A stretch of 64,000 nucleotides of DNA. It comes from Macrostomum hystrix. Taxonomy: Eukaryota > Animalia > Platyhelminthes. The notes under the pieces were generated by a model, which ran no database searches, was not told the DNA's origin, and was given only the letters and a program-made list of their open reading frames with translations. The stretch is taken from assembly GCA_950097015.1 (NCBI GenBank), contig CATNEN010000001.1, positions 5,332,001 to 5,396,000 on the forward strand. The letters are read 5' to 3'. Shown one piece after another: positions 12,701 to 24,500 of the stretch (position 1 is the first letter of the stretch; each line of letters starts with the position of its first letter). A program made the position numbers and the translations under genes.

Positions 12701-15700
12701 TAGTCCGACGCCCTAACCACTACGCTACAACCCCCCACTAAAAACGGGTTTCTTCTATATAAAGATTCCTTCGTCAGATTCCTTTGTCCTATTTTCTCGT
12801 CAGATTCCTTCGTCAAATCCCTTCGTAAGATTCCTTCGTAAGATTCCTTCGTCAGATTCCTCCTTCGTCAGATTCCTTTGTCCTATTTTCTCGTAAGATT
12901 CCTTCGTAAGATTCCTTCGTCAGATTCCTCCTTCGTCAGATTCCTTTGTCCTATTTTCTCGTCAGATTCCTTCGTCAAATCCCTTCGTAAGATTCCTTCG
13001 TAAGATTCCTTCGTCAAATTCCTCCTTCGTCAGATTCCTTTGTACTATTTTCTCGTAAGATTCCTTCGTAAGATTCCTTCGTAAGATTCCTTCGTCAGAT
13101 TCCAAGACTTAAATATAGAAACAGAAACGTTTTTAAACTCACTCTAGGCTTCCATTCTTCTGTTTGGCTGCGTCGTAGGTTCCAAACTGAATGTGGGACT
13201 GAAATCCGGCCAGTTCAACAGCCTGCTCCTGTGTGACTGGATGCGAACCATTGAGAATGGCCTCCTTAAGCTGAACGTAAAGCAGGTTGAGCTGCACCGG
13301 ATCTCGACCGTCAATATTCTGATCCGAATAGAATAGTCTACGCTTCAGTAATAGAACCTCGCGCTCCTGAATGCCCTGCTCGCGTAGCGTCTTCGACTGG
13401 TCCAACCAGTGCACTGTTGATTGGTGGGTATAGATTGATTCATAAAAGATTAAATGTCAATCTCAATGTAAAATGTTATTTTAGAATCCAAATACTGGAG
13501 AAAAAGTAGATCCCTCGTCTAGAATCACGATTCTGACAAAAGTCCAATCCTTATCTATAAATCCTAATCTTGAGAACGTTAATCCCCATCTATAAATCCC
13601 AATCTTGAGAACGTTAATCCCCATCTATAAATCCCAATCTTGAGAACGTTAATCCTCATCTTTAAATCCCAATCTTGAGAACGTTAATCCCCATCTATAA
13701 ATCCCAATTCTGAGAAAGTCAATCCCTATCAATAAATCCCAATCTTGAGAACGTTAATCCCCATCTATAAATCCCAATTCTGAGAAAGTCAATCCCTATC
13801 TATAAATCCCAATTTTGAGAGAAAGTCAATCCCTATATATAAATCCCAATCCTGAGAAAGTCAATCCCTATCAATAAATCCCAATTCTGAGAGAAAGTCA
13901 ATCCCTATATATAAATCCCAATCCTGAGAAAGTCAATCCCTATCTATAAATCCCAATCCAGAGAAAGTCAATCCCTATCTAAAAATCCCAATCCTGAGAA
14001 AGTTAATCCCTATCTATAAATCCCATTTCTGAGAAAATTGATACGAATCTATAAATCTAAATTTAGAATTTAAATTTTTAACCAAGTATAAATAAATCAT
14101 AGTCATAAAAAATAAAATCCTTATCTATGAATCTATTGAATCTCTGTCGCGTGAAATGCAATATTCTATCTATGAGAAAGTCATAAAAAGGGTAATCTTG
14201 ACAAATGTATATTTTGAACTATGAGTATAAACCCTAGTATTGAGATAATTTCAATACATTCCTTTGGATCCCTTATATTGTTATATTCAGTACAAATTTA
14301 GCTGCTCAAATATTGCTCAAAAAGATTTAGCGCTGGTCAGTTGACCCGATCAATCTTAACGCGAGGACAGCCACCGCAGTGACCTTATTGGCTGACTTGA
14401 GAGATAGATAAGTAGGGTTAAGCAAACTAAATATAGAAAAAACAGAGTTTGAGTCGCTGATCTATTACGTAATATAGGCAACTGCGCCTGTAGACGAAAT
14501 AATTAATTAAATATTTGACTAAAGCACTTCAGATTACTATAAGTAGACGCAAAATTAACCTTATCGCCAACAGACTAATAAATTACTTATTTTCCAATTG
14601 TGAAGTGTAGATAACATTAAAACAACACTAGCACATTCTAGTAAAAGTAATAGTAAAAGTAATAGTAAAAGTCTAGTAATTCTAGAAAATTGATAAGTTA
14701 AGAGACATTTAGCAACTTTACGCTTAGAATTTTAGCGACAAATTGAACCTAAAACATTGATACATCTAAACTTAGTTTTTATGTAGCATAAAAACTAAGG
14801 GATTTCATATTGTCTTATAACCCAAGGGTGGGATTTCATATTGTCTCAGATCCCAAGGGTGGGATTTCAAATTGTCTTAGATCCCAAGGGTGGGATTTTA
14901 AATCACTTTAGATCCCAAGGGTGGGATTTTAAATCATCTTAGATCCCAAAGGTGGGATTTTAAATCACTTTAGATCCCAAGGGTGGGATTTTAAATCACT
15001 TATAGATCCCAAGGGTGGGATTCAAATAATCTTAGATCCCAAGGGTGGGATTTTAAATCACTTTAGATCCCAAGGGTGGGATTTCAAATAATCTTAGATC
15101 CAAGGTTGGGATTTCAAATCACTTTAGATCCCAAGGGTGGGATTTCAAATCATCTTAGATCCCAAAGGGTGGGATTTTAAATCACTTTAGATCCAAGGGT
15201 GGGATTTCAAATCACTTTAGATCCCAAGGGTGGGATTTCAAATCATCTTAGATCCCAAAGGGTGGGATTTTAAATCACTTTAGATCCAAGGGTGGGATTT
15301 CAAATCACTTTAGATCCCAAGGGTGGGATTTCAAATCATCTTAGATCCCAAGGGTGGGATTTCAAATCACTTTAGATCCCAAGGGTGGGATTTCAAATCA
15401 CTTTAGATCCCAAGGGTGGGATTTCAAATCACTTTAGATCCCAAGGGTGGGATTTCAAATCATCTTAGATCCCAAGGGTGGGACGTCAAATAGTTTTTTA
15501 ATACGAAGGTGGAATTTCAGTGTCTTGAAATTTTGAAAATTTTCCTAGACACCAAAATTTGTAAATTATAAGTATAGACTTAAAATGAAAGTCTTGAACC
15601 CAAATTACAGGTTAAAAATTACAAATTTAAAAACAAATTAAACATTTAGATTAAAAAACAAATTACACCCAAATTAAACCCAAACCCAAATTGGGTCGTG

Positions 15701-18700
15701 TCTTCATTCTCCCTCTCTCCTGACTTTATTCTTCCTCTCTCCTGATTATGACAGATTATGACTTAAAACCCGGAATCCCAAAAATGATAAAGAATAATTG
15801 ATCCCAATATACCTTCGTCGTCAGTGTGCCATTTTCGCTTCAGCTTGTTCATCTTCTCATCGTCTCTAGACAATGTGCCAGCTTTGCTTTTCAGAGTGGC
15901 CATGCGCTCCTGCTCATCCAGTTCTTGGATTAGGCCGTACTCGTCATGATTAGCAATGCCTGAATTATTGGATTAAGGTTAAATAAAATGAATACATTGA
16001 ATCACAACTAGATATATGATCATACTTTCTAATTAATGGGATTTCAGTTCCTAATCCCTTCCAAATCCCTCTAATCCCGCTTCTTAATCCCTCCGATCCC
16101 ACTTCCTAATCCCTCCGATCCCACTTTTTAATCCCTCCGATCCCACTTTTTAATCCCTCCGATCCAACTTATTAATCCCTCCGATCCCGCTTTTTAATCC
16201 CTCCGATCCCGCTTTTTAATCCCTCCGATCCCACTTTTCAATCCCTCCGATCCCGCTTTTTAATCCCTCCGATCCCACTTTTCAATCCCTCCGATCCCAC
16301 TTCTTAATCCCTCCGATCCCACTTTTTAATCCCTCCGATCCCGCTTTCTAATCCCTCCGATCCCACTTCTCAATCCCTCCGATCCCACTTCCTAATCCCT
16401 CCGATCCCACTTCCTAATCCCTCTGATCCCGCTTCTTAATCCCTTCGATCCTACTTCCTAATCCCTCCGATCCCCCTTCTTAATCCCTCCGATCCCACTT
16501 CCCAATCCCTACATAATCCGTTCCTAATTAAAAAATGACACTCTACTGACCCATTCTGGCACAGATTGTGGGCATGATATCCCGAACAGAGAGGGCGTCG
16601 TCGATTTCCATTGTCTTCCGAGTGCCGTCCATTGTGCGGATCTGGAGTCGACGAATTCGACTCTTGTACACCACCAGGTCCTGGGGTGATGGGGTAGGAT
16701 AGAGAAACAATCAGCTACGATATCTCTATTTAGACATTTTTTAGATGTGGAGATTAGACACGTCTAAAGAAAATGAGATTAGACATCTATAAAGATTAGA
16801 AGATTAGACATCACTAAAGAAAAGAAAATTAGACATCTCTAAAGAAAAGGAGATTAGACATCTCTTTAGATTCTGAAGTGCTAAGGATCTAAAGATGTCT
16901 AAAGATAAAGTCATCTAAAGATGTCTCTTTAGTTTTACGGGAATTGATAGTTAAATAGGTAAATACGAGTTAAACAACTTTTATATTTGCTTGAGTAAAT
17001 TTTTTACAGAGCTAGGCATTAGTCAGACGTTCTAGAAAGTGTTAATCTAGTTATTATTTAACTGTGCAACAAGCCTTAATACTGTAGTCTCTACTAATTT
17101 AATCATTAACACTTAGCAGTCAGTGTTTGCCTAACCCATATCTATACTTTTAACAATATCAAGCTTCATAGCATCGACAACAACATTTACTAGTCTTGAT
17201 TTTAAATATTTTTGTTCAATCTTCTAACTGCAGAAGAAATGGAGTAAACCATTTATGTACAAGTCAGTTATGCTTTTCTTTCTTCAACTTTCTTTCCTTA
17301 CAAAGACCCAGCGACACCAACTGGCAATGGCAAAAGCCTTCAAACCGTCTTCCATATGCGTCACGCTAATAGGGTGAGGGGGGGCCCAAATGGAAAAGTA
17401 GACTAAAGGAATTTTTCACTCCTCCGCATATAGTGAGCGGATGTGTGCGTTTGAAAAGCTAGAAAAAGTGTGGCTGAACTAAGCGCATTAGTTTTCTCTC
17501 TACCTCCTTCACTTCGTGTATATATAAATGTATGTAAATGTAAAACTTCTATCGACATTTTGGATGCAAAGCAAGGAGTTAAGTGTGCGCAAATACTATA
17601 CTGTACAGATGATATTGGCTAGGCGAATGAACACTAGATGTACATAATATAGCCTCTATTCCTCTCTCTCTCTTCCTCTACATCGCAATCTTCCAGTCTT
17701 CCACTGTAATCCACGATAGCAATAATTCAAGTCTATATGTTTACTATAACTTAGTTTAACTAAGCACATGTCTATAAATAAATATATGCATTTATATAAA
17801 TATTGGGTCCGATTCGATTAAAACTAACTTAAAACTAAATATAAACAACATTCTAACACTTTTTGCACAGTTAAAAGCAATGTAAATACAGATGGCAACC
17901 TCTTCTATATAATCAGCTTATCGTTTCTTAGCATGTTCGACAATCGATAATTGTGCAAAGATAATAAAAATAAAAATAATAATAATGATACGAGAGACGG
18001 GGAATGAAGACGGTAGAGGGAGAATAAAGACAGGAGAGAGGGAGAATAAAGACAGGAGAGAGGGAGAATGAAGACAGGAGAGAGGGAGAATGAAGACAGG
18101 AGAGAGGGAGAATGAAGACAGGAGAGAGGGAGAACGAAGACAGGAGAGAGGGAGAATGAAGACAGGAGAGAGGGAGAATGAAGACAGGAGAGAGGGAGAA
18201 TGAAGACAGGAGAGAGGGAGAATGAAGACAGGAGAGAGGGAGAATAAAGACAGGAGAGAGGGAGAATGAAGACAGGAGAGAGGTAGCATGAAGACAGGAG
18301 AGAGGGAGAACGAAGACAGGAGAGAGGGAGAGTGAAGACAGGAGAGAGGTAGCATGAAGACAGGAGAGAGGGAGAATGAAGACAGGAGAGAGGGAGAACG
18401 AAGACAGGAGAGAGGGAGAATGAAGACAGGAGAGAGGGAGAATGAAGACAGGAGAGAGGAAGAATGAAGACAGGGGAGAGGTAGCATGAAGACAGGAGAG
18501 AGGGAGAATGAAGACAGGAGAGAGGGAGAATGAAGACAGGAGAGAGGGAGAACGAAGACAGGAGAGAGGGAGAATATAGACAGGAGAGAGGGAGAACGAA
18601 GACAGGAGAGAGGGAGAATGAAGACAGGAGAGAGGGAGCATGAAGACAGGAGAGAGGGAGAATGAAGACAGGAGAGAGGGAGCATGAAGACAGGAGAGAG

Positions 18701-21700
18701 GGAGAATGAAGACAGGAGAGAGGGAGAATGAAGACAGGAGAGAGGGAGAATGAAGACAGGAGAGAGGGAGAATGAAGACAGGAGAGAGGGAGAATGAAGA
18801 CAGGAGAGAGGGAGAATGAAGACAGGAGAGAGGGAGAATGAAGACAGGAGAGAGGGAGAATGAAGACAGGAGAGAGGGAGAATGAAGACAGGAGAGAGGG
18901 AGAATGAAGACAGGAGAGAGGGAGAATGAAGACAGGAGAGAGGGAGAATGAAGACAGGAGAAAGGGAGAATGAAGACAGGAGAGAGGGAGAATGAAGACA
19001 GGAGAGAGGGAGAATGAAGACAGGAGAGAGGGAGAATGAAGACAGGAGAGAGGTAGCATGAAGACAGGAGAGAGGGAGAATGAAGACAGGAGAGAGGGAG
19101 AACGAAGACAGGAGAGAGGGAGAACGAAGACAGGAGAGAGGGAGAATATAGACAGGAGAGAGGGAGAACGAAGACAGGAGAGAGGGAGAATGAAGACAGG
19201 AGAGGGAGAATGAAGACAGGAGAGAGGGAGCATGAAGACAGGAGAGAGGGAGAATGAAGACAGGAGAGAGGGAGAATGAAGACAGGAGAGAGGGAGAATG
19301 AAGACAGGAGAAAGGGAGAATGAAGACAGGAGAGAGGGAGAATGAAGACAGGAGAGAGGGAGAATGAAGACAGGAGAGAGGGAGCATGAAGACAGGAGAG
19401 GGAGAATGAAGACAGGAGAGAGGGAGCATGAAGACAGGAGAGGGAGAATGAAGACAGGAGAGAGGGAGAATGAAGACAGGAGAGAGGGAGCATGAAGACA
19501 GGAGAGAGGGAGAATGAAGACAGGAGAGAGGGAGCATGAAGACAGGAGAGGGAGAATGAAGACAGGAGAGAGGGAGCATGAAGACAGGAGAGGGAGAATG
19601 AAGACAGGAGAGAGGGAGAATGAAGACAGGAGAGAGGGAGAATGAAGACAGGAGAGAGGGAGAATGAAGACAGGAGAAAGGGAGAATGAAGACAGGAGAG
19701 AGGGAGAATGAAGACAGGAGAGAGGGAGAATGAAGACAGGAGAGAGGGAGCATGAAGACAGGAGAGGGAGAATGAAGACAGGAGAGAGGGAGAATGAAGA
19801 CAGGAGAGAGGGAGAATGAAGACAGGAGAGAGGGAGAATGAAGACAGGAGAAAGGGAGAATGAAGACAGGAGAGAGGGAGAATGAAGACAGGAGAGAGGG
19901 AGAATGAAGACAGGAGAGAGGGAGAATGAAGACAGGAGAAAGGGAGAATGAAGACAGGAGAGAGGGAGAATGAAGACAGGAGAGAGGGAGAATGAAGACA
20001 GGAGAGAGGGAGAATGAAGACAGGAGAGAGGGAGCATGAAGACAGGAGAGGGAGAATGAAGACAGGAGAGAGGGAGCATGAAGACAGGAGAGGGAGAATG
20101 AAGACAGGAGAGAGGGAGAATGAAGACAGGAGAGAGGGAGAATGAAGACAGGAGAGAGGGAGAATGAAGACAGGAGAAAGGGAGAATGAAGACAGGAGAG
20201 AGGGAGAATGAAGACAGGAGAGAGGGAGAATAAAGACAGGAGAGAGGGAGAATGAAGACAGGAGAGAGGGAGAATGAAGACAGGAGAGAGGGAGAATGAA
20301 GACAGGAGAGAGGGAGAACGAAGACAGGAGAGAGGGAGAATGAAGACAGGAGAGAGGGAGAATGAAGACAGGAGAGAGGGAGAATGAAGACAGGAGAGAG
20401 GGAGAATGAAGACAGGAGAGAGGGAGAATAAAGACAGGAGAGAGGGAGAATGAAGACAGGAGAGAGGTAGCATGAAGACAGGAGAGAGGGAGAACGAAGA
20501 CAGGAGAGAGGGAGAGTGAAGACAGGAGAGAGGTAGCATGAAGACAGGAGAGAGGGAGAATGAAGACAGGAGAGAGGGAGAACGAAGACAGGAGAGAGGG
20601 AGAATGAAGACAGGAGAGAGGGAGAATGAAGACAGGAGAGAGGAAGAATGAAGACAGGGGAGAGGTAGCATGAAGACAGGAGAGAGGGAGAATGAAGACA
20701 GGAGAGAGGGAGAATGAAGACAGGAGAGAGGGAGAACGAAGACAGGAGAGAGGGAGAATATAGACAGGAGAGAGGGAGAACGAAGACAGGAGAGAGGGAG
20801 AATGAAGACAGGAGAGAGGGAGCATGAAGACAGGAGAGAGGGAGAATGAAGACAGGAGAGAGGGAGCATGAAGACAGGAGAGAGGGAGAATGAAGACAGG
20901 AGAGAGGGAGCATGAAGACAGGAGAGAGGGAGAATGAAGACAGGAGAGAGGGAGCATGAAGACAGGAGAGAGGGAGAATGAAGACAGGAGAGAGGGAGAA
21001 TGAAGACAGGAGAGAGGGAGAATGAAGACAGGAGAGAGGGAGAATGAAGACAGGAGAGAGGGAGAATGAAGACAGGAGAGAGGGAGAATGAAGACAGGAG
21101 AGAGGGAGAATGAAGACAGGAGAGAGGGAGAATGAAGACAGGAGAGAGGGAGAATGAAGACAGGAGAGAGGGAGAATGAAGACAGGAGAGAGGGAGAACG
21201 AAGACAGGAGAGAGGGAGAATATAGACAGGAGAGAGGGAGAACGAAGACAGGAGAGAGGGAGAATGAAGACAGGAGAGAGGGAGCATGAAGACAGGAGAG
21301 AGGGAGAATGAAGACAGGAGAGAGGGAGCATGAAGACAGGAGAGAGGGAGAATGAAGACAGGAGAGAGGGAGAATGAAGACAGGAGAGAGGGAGAATGAA
21401 GACAGGAGAGAGGGAGAATGAAGACAGGAGAGAGGGAGAATGAAGACAGGAGAGAGGGAGAATGAAGACAGGAGAGAGGGAGAATGAAGACAGGAGAGAG
21501 GGAGAATGAAGACAGGAGAGAGGGAGAATGAAGACAGGAGAGAGGGAGAATGAAGACAGGAGAGAGGGAGAATGAAGACAGGAGAGAGGGAGAATGAAGA
21601 CAGGAGAGAGGGAGAATGAAGACAGGAGAGAGGGAGAATGAAGACAGGAGAGAGGGAGAATGAAGACAGGAGAGAGGGAGAATGAAGACAGGAGAGAGGG

Positions 21701-23970
21701 AGAATGAAGACAGGAGAAAGGGAGAATGAAGACAGGAGAGAGGGAGAATGAAGACAGGAGAGAGGGAGAATGAAGACAGGAGAGAGGGAGAATGAAGACA
21801 GGAGAGAGGTAGCATGAAGACAGGAGAGAGGGAGAATGAAGACAGGAGAGAGGGAGAACGAAGACAGGAGAGAGGGAGAACGAAGACAGGAGAGAGGGAG
21901 AATATAGACAGGAGAGAGGGAGAACGAAGACAGGAGAGAGGGAGAATGAAGACAGGAGAGGGAGAATGAAGACAGGAGAGAGGGAGCATGAAGACAGGAG
22001 AGAGGGAGAATGAAGACAGGAGAGAGGGAGAATGAAGACAGGAGAGAGGGAGAATGAAGACAGGAGAAAGGGAGAATGAAGACAGGAGAGAGGGAGAATG
22101 AAGACAGGAGAGAGGGAGAATGAAGACAGGAGAGAGGGAGCATGAAGACAGGAGAGGGAGAATGAAGACAGGAGAGAGGGAGCATGAAGACAGGAGAGGG
22201 AGAATGAAGACAGGAGAGAGGGAGAATGAAGACAGGAGAGAGGGAGAATGAAGACAGGTAAGAATGGGAATGAAGATAGGAGAGAGGGAGAATGAAGACA
22301 GGAGAGAGGGAGAATGAAGATAGGAGAGAGGGAGAATGAAGACAGGAGAGAGGGAGAATGAAGACAGGAGAGAGGGAGAATGAAGACAGGAGAGAGGGAG
22401 AATGAAGACAGGAGAAAGGGAGAATGAAGACAGGAGAGAGGGAGAATGAAGACAGGAGAGAGGGAGAATGAAGACAGGAGAGAGGGAGAATGAAGTCAGG
22501 GGAGAGGGAGAATGAAGACAGGAGAGAGGGAGCATGAAGACAGGAGAGAGGGAGAATGAAGTCAGGAGAGAGGGAGAATGAAGACAGGAGAGGGAGAATG
22601 AAGACAGGAGAGAGGGAGAATGAAGACAGGAGAGAGGGAGAATGAAGACAGGAGAGAGGGAGAATGAAGTCAGGAGAGAGGGAGAATGAAGACAGGAGAG
22701 GGAGAATGAAGACAGGAGAGAGGGAGAATGAAGACAGGAGAGAGGGAGAATGAAGACAGGAGAGAGGGAGAATGAAGACAGGAGAAAGGGAGAATGAAGA
22801 CAGGAGAGAGGGAGAATGAAGACAGGAGAGAGGGAGAATGAAGACAGGAGAGAGGGAGCATGAAGACAGGAGAGGGAGAATGAAGACAGGAGAGAGGGAG
22901 AATGAAGACAGGAGAGAGGGAGAATGAAGACAGGAGAGAGGGAGAATGAAGACAGGAGAAAGGGAGAATGAAGACAGGAGAGAGGGAGAATGAAGACAGG
23001 AGAGAGGGAGAATGAAGACAGGAGAGAGGGAGAATGAAGACAGGAGAGAGGGAGAATGAAGTCAGGGGAGAGGGAGAATGAAGACAGGGGAGAGGAAGAA
23101 TGAAGACAGGAGAGAGGGAGAATGAAGACAGGAGAGAGGGAGAATGAAGACAGGAGAGAGGTAGCATGAAGACAGGAGAGAGGGAGCATGAAGACAGGAG
23201 AGAGGGAGAATGAAGACAGGAGAGAGGGAGAATGAAGACAGGAGAGAGGGAGAATGAAGACAGGAGAGAGGGAGAATGAAGACAGGAGAGAGGGAGAATG
23301 AAGACAGGAGAGAGGGAGAATGAAGTCAGGGGAGAGGGAGAATGAAGACAGGAGAGAGGGAGAATGAAGACAGGAGAGAGGGAGAATGAGGACAGGGGAG
23401 AGGGAGAACGAAGACAGGAGAGAGGGAGAATGAAGACAGGAGAGAGGGAGAATGAAGACAGGAGAGAGGGAGCATGAAGACAGGGGACAGGGAGAATGAA
23501 GACAGGTAAGAATGGGAATGAAGATGGGAAAGAGGGAGAATGACGACAGGAGGTATTGAGAATGAAGATAGGAGAGAGGGAGAATGAAGACAGGAGGTAT
23601 TGAGAATGAGGACAGGAGAGAGAGAAAACTATTTCAACCCCCTTAAACAGGCTATGTGGCCTCATCAACTTACGCCATCTTTAACATTGAAGGACTCAAG
23701 CGTCTTCTGGCCATCCATCCACAGACCCCGCCTATCATCGTCGGCATTGTTAGTGTCGGACAAAAACAAGCCGAACTGCAAGGCACTGGCACCGTCCCCG
23801 ACACCGGCTCCACCGCCAATTCCACCCTCCTGTTGCACTTCAACAACTTTCTCGCGTATAGTTGCGCAAGCTTCAATCACAGTCTGGTTCAGACGGAATT
23901 GTACAGTCTTTGTTACATCAAAGTTATCTCTGGGAATTCTCACTCGCAGAGTGACATGTGATGGCGCCAT
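782..23970 (-). CDS. TLN: Talin, N-terminal part (FERM F0-F3 head plus proximal rod bundles); gene continues beyond the left edge
   Basis: Phase-consistent GT-AG exons: 23674-23970, 16551-16680, 15813-15959, 13143-13413, 12179-12347, 11029-11437, 9861-10121, 9181-9438, 6866-7211, 6109-6358, 5639-5932, 3272-3690, 2340-2819, 782-1146. Talin motifs: KWHTDDEVHWLDQSKTLREQGI, FYSDQNIDGRDPVQLNLLYVQ, CRSLETYGINFFLVKEKMTSKNKLVPRLFG, EGESITKLISAYIDLIVKK, ATAKVVAP...CQAQLLEAAK, LLTAAKDLADATARMIESAK. An AG acceptor at ~24091 implies an upstream non-coding exon or trans-splice site. Confidence 0.95.
1275..2270. repeat. 38-bp minisatellite (atgacctgtcatctacgatcgt atgaccagtttcgtta)n
   Basis: About 25 units, each made of 22- and 16-bp atgacc subunits; fills intron 1147-2339. 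Confidence 0.95.
2975..3182 (-). mobile_element. SINE family A, diverged copy
   Basis: Shares ctgttcagtccatg, cagctgggt.aact.aagca and gaatcgaaccc...ccttcaagtcg with 12446-12736. Confidence 0.75.
4069..4487. mobile_element. MITE / non-autonomous DNA transposon
   Basis: TA|CCCTGTAAAAA ... TTTTTAGCGGG|TA imperfect TIRs with TA flanks; many internal GAATC/GATTC subrepeats; GC island in an AT-rich talin intron. Confidence 0.6.
6000..6088 (+). mobile_element. SINE family B, 3' fragment
   Basis: gggcagaattg.ctcctcgct.g.tgcgggtcta.tgtcaccaaa shared with family B. Confidence 0.65.
6390..6832. repeat. Degenerate ~21-bp AAAGTACA minisatellite
   Basis: Repeated taaaagtacaaac units with an internal block duplication. 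Confidence 0.85.
7277..9158. repeat. 20-bp minisatellite (gaacctgttagattcttata)n
   Basis: About 94 in-register units; variants drift toward the right end. Confidence 0.97.
10240..10980. repeat. 20-bp minisatellite (ggacggcgagggatgaaatc)n
   Basis: About 36 units filling a talin intron. Confidence 0.95.
11556..12017. repeat. 32-bp minisatellite (gagatagggcgagagggcgagataatcagagt)n
   Basis: About 14 units. Confidence 0.9.
12446..12736 (-). mobile_element. tRNA-derived SINE family A, full-length copy
   Basis: Minus strand: A box TAGCGTAGTGG, B box GTTCGATTCC, CORE/Deu-like body TGTGTCCTTTAGCAAG...ACCCAGCTGTTAAATGGGTACC, AT-rich tail; further copies elsewhere in the window. Confidence 0.85.
12760..13103. 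repeat. 13-bp-based composite minisatellite (agattccttcgtc/a)n
   Basis: Short units with a recurring longer block. Confidence 0.9.
13540..14060. repeat. 35-bp minisatellite (aatccctatctataaatcccaatcctgagaaagtc)n
   Basis: About 14 units. Confidence 0.9.
14797..15490. repeat. ~31-bp minisatellite (agatcccaagggtgggatttcaaatcacttt)n
   Basis: About 22 units, each with an atccc...gggat internal dyad. Confidence 0.9.
16050..16512. repeat. 22-bp minisatellite (taatccctccgatcccacttyy)n
   Basis: About 20 units. Confidence 0.92.
17990..23625. repeat. 5.6-kb polypurine 22-bp minisatellite (agggagaatgaagacaggagag)n
   Basis: About 250 units in the intron after the first coding exon of talin; source of the spurious >1000-aa ORFs. 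Confidence 0.98.
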
Positions 23971-24306
23971 TATGGCTTGACCTCCTTTCAGTAGCTGAGA
24001 AAGTAATTATCAGAACTGCTGGCTGGTAAGATTGCTGAGTGTGCTTTGTTTTAGCTTCGTTTTGTTTACAATCTGTTGAATCCGTTTCTTCTGAAGTAGA
24101 TAAAAAAGTAAATTAACTTTAGTATAAAATATGTTGGCAAATGATTAAAAAATTAGAATCGATTCTAACTCATGGTTAAAAACCATTCTAGAAATTCTGA
24201 TTTCTCTAGTAAGCAAATTTTTAAACTAAAGATTAAAAAAACTAAAATAACATTATCTCTTGCGCCATAAAGATAATGTTATTTATTTCATGTTGACTTG
24301 ATTAAC

Positions 24307-24500
24307 TGTGAAGTATTGGGTCTATTGAAGAACAGAAGCGAACGCGTTGAGCAGATTGCAGGACAGTCACACTCGCGAACTCTAGCCGCTCACCTTAGTT
24401 CCATATATATTGTGCCAGACCGGCATGATTCAGCAAATACACGAGATAGCAATAGGGTGGAGGATGGGTAGTCGCGTACGACACATTGAAGTAAATAACA
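24307..24500 (-). repeat. 3' LTR
   Basis: Direct repeat of 26048-26241, about 16 mismatches in 194 bp by manual alignment. Confidence 0.85.

Noticed and set aside
12665-12736. tRNA gene
   Set aside because: A and B boxes are present, but the anticodon and acceptor stems pair poorly and the sequence continues into a dispersed SINE body.
17905-23668. Giant Leu/Ser/Pro-rich ORFs (up to 1753 aa) in all three minus-strand frames
   Set aside because: Translations of a stop-free 22-bp pyrimidine minisatellite inside a talin intron.
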